64,000 nucleotides of DNA from Octopus sinensis (Eukaryota). Shown one piece after another: positions 51,901 through 62,403 of the stretch. The position numbers and the translations under genes were made by a program. The DNA is taken from assembly GCF_006345805.1 (NCBI RefSeq), contig NC_043013.1:42656001-42720000 (forward strand), written 5' to 3'. Within the stretch, counting starts at the first letter, position 1, and every line of letters starts with the position of its first letter. The notes under the pieces are model-generated. The model was not told where the DNA came from and did not search any database. It was given only the letters and a program-made list of their open reading frames with translations.

Positions 51901-54900
51901 TCTTATCACCATTCTATGTCTCCAGTTCAAGATCGAGGATGAAAGCAGTGTGGTTTTTGTCGTGTCCACCACAGGCGATGGAGATGTCCCTGACACAGCC
52001 GGGAGATTTCTGCGCAAACTGAAAAAAAAGTCCAAACAAGAAGAATACTTGAGACATCTGTCATACACAGTTCTTGGTGAGTACATCATTTGTTGGTACT
52101 CTGAGTATTGTTTTAAACCATTTCCCTCGACACTACTCCTTCTCCAACTCCACCCCACCCCCCCAATCAAGGGGGATTTTGTCTTGCAATTTACTTGGTG
52201 ACCCCCTCTGGTGCTGGTGCCACATACAAAGCACCTGGGTAAATAAGTTGGCATTAGAAAGGGCATCCAGCTGTAGAAACCATGCCAAAGCAGGTAATAG
52301 AGCTCAGCACAGTCCTCTGGCTTGCCAGCCCCTCTCAAACCATCCAACCCATGCCAGCATGGAAAACGGGCATTAAACGATGAGGTGGAGGTAGATCTCA
52401 TGTAGATAACTAGAACATCTGTCTTACCCAAAATCAATTTACTGTACTCTTTTCTCTCCCTTTCTCTTTTCCTTTACCCTTGCCTCTTACCCTTCTCTCC
52501 CTTCTCCTTACTTTACTCTCTCCTCCCTTTTACTCTGCTCTCATCTTCTCTTCCTTCCTCTTTCATTAGTCTCATTTCTTACCCACCACACTTCTGTTCT
52601 CTCCGTCTCTGTCTCTCTCTCTCCTGCTTTTTAAAGACTGTTAGAAGTTACATTATCTTCTCACTAAGCCAACAATTTTATTTACTATCCATCATCCCCC
52701 CTCACCTCCACCCACACACACATCATACTCCTTCAAATTTTAGAAATAACACACTCACACAAACTTCTCAAGGTCTTGAAGCTCACACAAAGTGTTACTT
52801 CACCCCCATCATCACACAATCTGCTCCCTGTACAGTCATGTCATGTTGAAATAACTTCCAATGTTGGCCAAATAAAAAACCATTACTTTGTCCTTGTTGC
52901 AGGTCTGGGAGACACCAATTACAATGCATTCTGCAATGGTGGCAAAACTATCAACAGAAAACTTGAGGAGTTAGGGGCTCACCTGTTTTATGAATGTGGT
53001 TGGGCTGATGATGCTGTTGGGTAAGTTCTATGGGTCCTGCTACTGGGTCATTAATGAAGATGACGATGATGATGGTGGTGGTGGTCGTTGTCGTCATTGA
53101 TGTCATGAATGATGATGATGATGATGCTGTTAACCCCAGGTTCTTGCTTGAGCAGACCTATAACAAAAGACATTCTAGATGTGTCCATCCCTATCTTTTT
53201 AGGGGTTTGAAGGACTGCATTATCCAGTATATCTTATGAGAAAATGTTGTCTGAAGGAGATTTGGTTGCTATTTCTAGCAGGTCAAGTGTCCATGTTGAG
53301 GCTCGTTTATTTGCTCTTCTGCCACCGATATTAATTAGCAGTATAGATTGTTGTTATATAAATAACGGCAGATTATATTCTGATGTATTATTCTTTTCTA
53401 CTCTAGGCACAAAGCCTGAAATTTTGGGGTAGGAGGCCAGTCGATTAGATCAACCCCAATACGCAACTGATACTTAATTTATCAACCCCAAAAGGATGAA
53501 AGGCAAAGTCGACCTCAGCGGAATTTGAACTCAGTGCTAAGCATTTCACCCAGCATGCTAACGTTTCTGCCAGCTCGCCGCTTTTGCTGAGGTAATATTA
53601 GCAATACACAAGGCAGCAAGCTGGCAGAATTGGTAACACACCAGGTATAATGCCTAGTAACATCTTGTCTGTCTTTAGCTTCTGAGTTCAAATTCTGCTG
53701 AGGTCGACTTTGCCTTTCGTCCTTTCTGGGATGATAAAATACATACCAGTTGAGCACTGGGGTCGTTATAATCCACTTACTCCGTCTCCCAAAATCGATG
53801 GCCTTGTGCCAAAATTTGAAATCATTACAGACACAATAGTATATTATTTGTAGCCATAATATTAGTAACAGAAACTCTGGTTACGTTAGGAAATCAATGA
53901 TTATGTTAACGATATTCTATATATACTCATCTAGAAGCCAAGCCAGTCAATAAGTTGCATCCTCATTTTATAAATCTCGTGTTTGGTTCAATATTTGATT
54001 CACATAGAAATCACAGACTGTGTTCTTTTATATATTGCATGTATATGTTTGGATAAAAATTTCCATTGAAATTTTTAAAGTGTAAAGTTAAATATTTCCC
54101 CCATAATATATTTAATAAAAACTACACTGTAAGCATATCTTTTTTGTCTCTTAACAAATTAAACCCATTTTTAATTAACTCTAGATTCTCTAAATTTATT
54201 CATTTAACCAAATGCAGCAATGCAGTCTTTTAAAATTCATCGCATGCAATAATAGCAAAATAAATAACACGGTCACACACTCCAGCTTACAAGACAAAGA
54301 CATGTACACACCATTTCCTTTGTCTTTTAAGTATTGTATACATTTGATGCAAGGAAAATAAGTACCGTAAATCCTCGAGTATAATCCGCATTTTCCCCAA
54401 AAAAATTTAAAGGTCAAAATCCCTAGTGCATATTATACACGAGGTTAAAAATGAAAAATATTTTCTAAGCAATGTCCGAGTCTCTATTTGCTGTCTGGCA
54501 ATGTTTATTCAGACGCATTCTGTGATGTCGGACGCGAAAATACCTTAAGCTAAGCCTGAAAGCAATGAAGACATAAGAGAATCATCCATAACTTGCAATA
54601 AGCAATATTTATTAAACGTTATTACTGTTATTTCTTTATTTTCTGTAAACAAAATGCACAAAAAAGCTACACGTTTGTATTATGTTATATATACAATAAT
54701 AATAAAGGACATTACTGTATACATTTTTACAAACCAAGGACGTTATATTGACCTCCTTGATTCAAGTTAGAGAAGTGGTGCGTATTATACACAAGGTTTA
54801 GGTTTTTCAGAGGTACAGCCCCCCCCCCCCTGCTTATTATACTCAAGGGTGGACTATACTCGTGGGTTTACGGTAGTTAAAAGCTTATCAAGGGGAGCAA

Positions 54901-57900
54901 ACTACATGTCAACAATATATAAACATTTCATTTTTGTTTCTTTTTTTCTTTGTTGAAGTAATTCTATCGTGTAGGCGGGATGATTGATAAATTAATCTTT
55001 TATAATGGCGGTGCTCCAGCATGGCCACAGCTCGTGAGCTGAAACTAGATGAAAAGAAAATACAATTAATTTTTTTCTTTTCCTTTCTGTAAGAATATGT
55101 TGCTAAATTAAAATTTTGATATTAATTCACAGACGAAAGGAATTTAATAATTAAAAAAAAAAATCAATATTTATTAATCAAAACAGACTCCATTAGATTC
55201 AACAACTTTTTTTTCATCGCCTTCAAAGACTGTATTCCTTCTTTGAAGAATTATTGTCTTTCAAGCTATAAGTCGTTCAAATTTATTGAGTCAAAACCAA
55301 TGAAGTGACTCTTACTTTTGAGGCAACACCTCTCCACATTCCCCAGTCAATCAAAAATGCAGCTCATTGGTGCTGGAGAAGTCCATATGCTTCTTTAACA
55401 TGTTCTCATATGTTATCCTATAAACCCCATAGATGGTTTTATGATTACAATAAGCATAAATAATACTGCTGTGGTCTACTCTACATCCATATGGTACAAT
55501 AATATCAATAACAATATTTAACTACAGTTCTATATTTAAGAGATGAGGAATTATGTACATTATTTACATTTGACGGATGTTTGTCCTCATCTTGTTTCTT
55601 GTTAACACAACGCTTCAGCTGATATTCCCTCCATCCTTCATCAGGTGTCTTAAGGAAATTTTGAACCTGGGTTCTCATTCCTAAGGTATTTTTCAATGTT
55701 GTTGTTGTTGTAATGGTAGTTGTGATACCAGTGCTGGTGGAATGTAAAAGAACCATCCGAACATGGCCATTGCCAGCGCTGCCTCGACTGGCCTCCATGC
55801 CGGTGGCACGTAAAAAGCACCAACCGATTGTGGCCGTTGCCTGACTCGCCTGGCACGTAAAAAGCACCCACTACACTCACAGAGTGGTTGGCGTTAGGAA
55901 GAGCATCCAGCTGTAGAAACACTGCCAGATCAGACTGGGCCTGGTGCAGCCTCCTGGCTTCCCAGACCCCAGTCAAACCGTCCAACCCATGCTAGCATTG
56001 AAAGCGGACGTTAAACAATGATGATGATGATGATTCCGAGTTCGATTCCAGGCAGTGACCTGAATAATAATAATAATAATAATAACAACAACACCAACAT
56101 TGAAAAATACCTTAGGAATGAGAACCCAGGTTCGAAATTTCCCCAAGATGCCTGATGAAGGCTGGAGAGTATATCAGCCAAAACATTGTGTTAACAACAA
56201 ACAAGATGAGGACAAATATCCGTCAAATGTAAATAATGAATATTTAGCTAGTTTCCTATCTTGTCAATAAGGAATTCAAAGAATTTATTAACCTTCAAAG
56301 AAAAACACCTATTTCTACACACATACACAGCATTTGTATATATTTGTGATATATTATTGTCTAAGTGTGGTTACACATTAGAACCATTTTCCATTGAATA
56401 GGTTAGAACTTGTAGTAGAGCCTTGGATAGAAGGCTTGTGGAAACCTCTGAAAGCTGAGTTAGAATCCTGTACCACATCGAAGAAGATGGAGCAATCCAC
56501 TGAGATCAACAGCCCTCCCAGCGAAACTCCACCCACTGAGAATGAAGCTCAGAAACTCACAGAAACAGACAAGATGACGTTACCCACCGATTCCCTGAAA
56601 GAGCAGATCCTGCGTAACCCCCTTCTCAACAACTTGATGCAGGACATACCACTGGGAGTGAAAATAGTAGAGAAGACACCTCATTCTAACTACATCATGG
56701 ATTTAGCCGACAGACCTGTGGATGTATCTAATGTTGAACTGGTCGTTCAAACTGACTTGACAGAGGAGAAACACCAGGCCAAAGAATCTGCTTCGCTTAC
56801 CTGTTGTGCCCCACATTTAAAAGACTCTGATCTGAGCATTCCTCTTCTCTCACCTCCTTATCTTGTTTTAACACTTCTGCCGGATGAGAAACTGGTAAGT
56901 AGAAACTTTTTTAGAGTAAAATTAAATGGGAGTGGCAGCATCAAGTATTTTGTCATTCTGTTTTAATACCTTTGCTCTCATAATAGACTCTATGCATTTT
57001 AACACCACCACCCTTGACTTGACTTGACTTGAGACAGCATTCACCCGGGGTGGGTTGAGCTGGCTTCATTCATCCTCAATGCTGCATCTCTCACAAACGC
57101 CAACCAGACCTGGCGATTTGAGGCTAACGACCGTGTGATCTCCAACCACTCCTTATTCCAGCAGCGAACGCCGTAGATATGGGGGCCTAGGTCGGGTTCC
57201 AGATCAGCCTTGACTGTCATCAGTCAGGTTTCTCATTTTTCACCACCCGTGTGGGGTTACCAGGCAACTCACAAGACTAAACCCCCTCCTCCACCTCAGC
57301 TAATTGGGGTTGTAGTATGGAGGGTAGTGCCTTTATGCCTGGTGTTACAGGGATTAACCCTTTAGCATTTAAACTGGTTATATCCAGCCCAAATATTCTA
57401 CATATTTTATGTTCAAACTGGGCAGATCTGGCCTCTCACACCTACCCTACAATGTTTATTTTTATAAACAATCAAACCATTAGAATATTGAATTTACAAG
57501 ATAATGCATGGTTAATTCAAAATAATGTGAATGAATAAGCATTGCATTTGAGAGAATAACCTGAATCTCAAGGGTTAAAGTATGATATAGAGACAGAAAC
57601 GAGTGTCTTGCTGAAGAGGAAATACATGGCTTCCTCCGCTGGAAAAAGAGAAAGATGGTAAGAGTGTATCCTCAAAGTATAAGGTGACTAATATAAAATG
57701 GAGAATAGGGATAGAGTATCAAAAAGGATGGGTAGATAAGTGTCACAAGAAAAAAGCACCCGATATATTCTGTAAAGCAGTTGGCTTTAGGATGGGCATC
57801 CAGCTGTAGAAACCATGTCAAAGTAGACATTAGAGCTTGGCACAGACCACTGGCTTGTCAGTTTCTCTTGCACTGTCCAACCCATGCCAGCATGGAAAAT

Positions 57901-58492
57901 GGACATTAAATAATGATAATGCTACTGCTGATGATGATGACCTTGTCCCCTGGGTGCCTTTGGAAGAGTTTATTCTTTTGACTACATTCAAACCAGACCC
58001 CTGAATAACTCTGTGTCAATGTTTTACCAATAAATGTTCAGGCTGGGTATCAACTACATGAGTTTCACTAGTCTGAGAGGACCTTCAAAGATCACAGTTA
58101 CTAGGTTGGACACAAGGCATTGTGATATTTGTTCTGGCTATCTGCATTTTGAATTCAAATCATGCTTTTGTCAACTTTGCTTTTCATCCTTTAGAAGTGC
58201 AATAAATAAAACGTTGATCCCAAACAGTGGATTAGCTGAATGTTAGTACATCAGGCTTGTGGCATCTGTTTCAGGTCTGTATTCTAAGTTCAGCTGCTTA
58301 TACAGTAATGTATAGTGTAGGAGTGGCTGTGTGGTAAGTAGCTTACTTATGAACCACATGGTTCCGAGTTCAGTTCCACTGCGTGACACCTTGGACAAGT
58401 GTCTTCTACTATAGCCTCGGGTCGGCCAAAGCTTTGTGAGTGAATTTGGTAGACAAAAACTGAAAGAACCCTGTCGTGTATATGTATATATG

Positions 58493-58523
<31 letters not shown>

Positions 58524-61500
58524 GTGTGTGTGTGTACATATATATATAGATAGATATATAGATACATAAATATATATATATAAGTGTGTCTGTGTTTGTC
58601 CCCCCAACATTGCTTGACAACCGATGCTGGTGTGTTTACGTCCCCGTAACTTAGCGGTTCGGCAAAAGAGACCGATAGAATAAGTACTAGGCTTACAAGG
58701 TATATGTCCTAGGGTCGATTTGCTCAACTAAAAAAAAGGTGGTGCTCCAGCATGGCCACAGTCAAATGACTGAAACAAGTAAAAGAGTATATACTCAGGG
58801 TATAAATATCTATTTCTATGAGTGCTCTACTAATGTTACTGCACTCAGATAATATGACTCCTGCATCTACAAAGTATCTATTTCCATATCATGTCTGTGT
58901 ATTTAGAAAGACAAACAGATGCAGTAATAAACTCAAGAACAAAGTATTCTGTTTATAATAGTTGGACTGGTGGCCTCATCATGATTGTTGCTTTCACTAT
59001 GTTTCAGCTGTTGTATGCTCCAGCGTTCTTCAGGTGTCTTGAGTTGAACTCATTTCTTGAATTGGAATTTCAAATCTAGCCCTTTATTTGATTCACGGGA
59101 TCAAATATAAGGTGTGGTTCGAAATTCCAATAACTAAATTGAGTTCAACACGAGACACCTGAAGAAGGCTGAAGTGTACGACAGCTAAAACATAGTGAAA
59201 GCAGCAATCAAGATGAGGCCACCAATCCGACTATCATAAACAATATACATAATACAAATTCTTCATCTCAAAAATATAGAATTGTACAACAACACTTGTT
59301 TATCTCTACAAATCTTTCTGTATAACAGGATCTGTACAATTCAGCAGTGCAAAATGGAGCCAGTTTTCCTAGTATGGCATCTTCTGTCCAGACTGCCACT
59401 GTCCTGAAGTGTTCCTGCCTTACACATCCTGGTGCTGTAAAGACCACACTAGATCTTGAACTTTTCTTTGAGGTAAATAAACCATCCCAATCATTCAAAA
59501 TTCTTTGCATTTCAATTTTCTGCTTGATTTCTTTTTTAATTAGTGTTTAGGTTTTTCTCTCTTATTCTTTCACCTTTTTTTCTTTCTCTCTCTTACTCTT
59601 TGTATCTCTTTTTTATTATCTGTATCACTCTTTTTGTTTTGATTTTTCTCTCTTCTCTCTCTCCCTCCCCACTTTCTCTCTCTTGTCCTATAGCATTCTC
59701 TTTTTTCCATTATCACTCCATCCATCTCTCTTTTCTTTCGGATAAAAATGACAGAAATTTTTGTATATTTCATTTCTCCAGGATGCTGAGACGGTTGCTT
59801 ACCAGCCAGGAGATTCAATTTCAGTGATCTGTCCGAACAATGAAAGAGAGGTCAACCATTTAATCCAAAGGTCAGTCTGTCAACCATCAAACTTCACTCC
59901 TTTCGCTAATCATGTGTATCAATTGGGTCAGTGTTTGGACCCTATTTCAGATTTCAAACATCTACACATGCAAGTACTTGGACACTTCATTAGTATTGTA
60001 TCTTAGAGCCCCAGGGTATTTTGTTTTGCATCATACCCCCACTGTCTCAGGGCAACCCAACTGAGGTTCATCAAACCACATCCTGTGTCCATGAGGCATT
60101 CTGCTGACTTCTCCTGTCATCCTTTTTTGAGCAAGGGCAATCTAGAGCCCTGGATAGTAAGTATACAAGGCAGTTCATCAGAGATAACTTCAACACAAAA
60201 GAAGCCTGCCTTTTATTTCCTTCTTCTTTCATTTCCCATTTAGCTAGATGTGTGTGTGTGTGAAGGCACATGGCTCAGTGATTAGAGCATCAGGCTCACA
60301 ATCAAGAGGCAGTGAGTTCAATTCCTGGACCAGGCTGTGTTTTGTGTTTTTGAGCAAAACACTTTATTTCATCCATCACTACATTCTGAGTTCAAATTCT
60401 GCCGAGGTTGACTTTACCTTTCATCCTTTCACACTCAATAAAATAAGTACCAGTGGAGGACTGGGGTGAATATAATCAACTTACCCCCTCCCCCAAAATT
60501 ACTGGCCTTGTGCCTAAAGTTTTAAGCCATTATTATTATAATTATTATTATTTTATTTTACTTCCCAGAGCTCTCGATCTGACTTGATTTGCTTCAGTTA
60601 ATTCCATGAGAGCAACAGGACAGTAACCTGTTGTCACAAATTCTCACTAAAGATCTCACAAGGTTTCTCAGGGTCTCTTTCCATGAATTATAAGACTCGG
60701 TACCTAGAGGTTAAATATTGCTGAAGATACTCAACAGCAAAGTACCAATCTCAAAGTCCTCACTGTCCGGGTTGCGTATCCGTGGAATAAGCTGCCAGAC
60801 GAGATAGTGAAGATGCCGACGACCGCTTGGTTCAAGGTTTCCCTTGACCTCAAGTGGCCTGAACTCTTTACATGAACACCACCCTGTACATAACTCCATG
60901 TCCCCCTACATGGCCTTGCTTTTTGCTTTTTGAGCCAAAAAATTAACTAACTAATAGATCATTTTTTTTTTTATTATTATCATCATCATCATCATCATCA
61001 TTATTAATATTTTTCTCTGCTGATGTTTTAAATATGTCTTTGCTATTGCTGTACTTTAAATAATCCTCTCACATTCCTATAACCTTTATTTTGCTTTAAT
61101 CCTTTGGTATTATGTTCTAGGCTCGACTTGGAGAATGCAGGAGACGCCTTCTTCAGTTTGTCTGTCTCTCCAAATACAACAAAGAAGAAAGCTTCCTGTC
61201 CCAATTACCTTCCTCCAAAGTGCACCATCAGATATGCCCTCACTCATTGCCTAGACATCAGGGAGCCTCCTAAGAAGGTAACGTTTCTATTGTTTGAGGA
61301 TTCTTCTCTGGGCAGAAGTAATGATAGTGACAAACATATGAGATGTTGTGCAGTGGTGGTTGTGGATATACTGTTTGTGGAATTGATTTTGCGTAATAGT
61401 GCTGTTTGGCAGTTGTGGTGGTGGTAGTAGAAGTAGTAATGGTGATGTGACAGCCGTGGCAGCAATAGGTGTGGTCACAATCGCTGTGGTAGTAGGGATG

Positions 61501-62363
61501 CTGGTGGTGGTGGTGGTGGTGGCAGCGGCAATAATGACTGTAATAGGAATGGTGGTGGTGGTGGTGGCGGCAGTAATAGGAGTGATGATGGTGATAGTGG
61601 CGTGGTGGTGATGGTGGCGGTGGTGGTGGTGGCAGTGGCGGCAGCAATAATGACTGTGATAGGAATGGTGGTGGTGGTGGTGGCAGCGGTAATGGGAGTG
61701 ATAGTGGCATGGTGGTGGTGGTGGTGGTGCCGGCAGCGATAATGACTTTGATAGGAAAGGTGGTGGTGGCGGTGGCAGCAGCAATAATGACTTTGATAGG
61801 AATGGTGGTGGTGGTGGTGGTGGTGGTGGTACCAAAAAGAGTGTTGTGTGAAGATATTGTATGCGTGTTACACAAGCAATGACAGTTTTGCATGTTTGCC
61901 TCTTAAACTGCAGGCTTTGTTGCGGATGCTCGTTGATTATGCAAGTGATGAGCAGGAGAAACAACGACTGCAGGAACTGTGCAGCAAGGAAGGAATGAGC
62001 GAATACACCACTTACATCCGAGAACCAGGTCTCTCTCTACTGGACATCTTACTCAACTTCCCATCTGTTATGCCACCATTTGAACGAATTTTAGGTAACT
62101 TCATTGCATTATTATTTAACTATGTTTTACATGCACTTTCTCTCACTGTCTATATTTATATTTATATATATACACTTTATTTAAAAGCAGCAGGAATATA
62201 GCAAAAGCTGTTACTCAGAGTTTCACGTTCCTGTTTGGAACGTGAAACTCTGAGTAACAGCTTTTGTTATATTTCTGCTGCTTTTAAATAAAGCATATTA
62301 CTCTGCCTCTGGTATTTGAGTACTCTTTTTTTCACCTTGTTTCACATTTATGTGCTTACTCTA

Positions 62364-62403
<40 letters not shown>

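Noticed and set aside
61270-61964. 207- and 225-aa poly-Pro/His/Thr ORFs on the minus strand
   Set aside because: Translations of the (ACC)n compound repeat, antisense within an MTRR intron.
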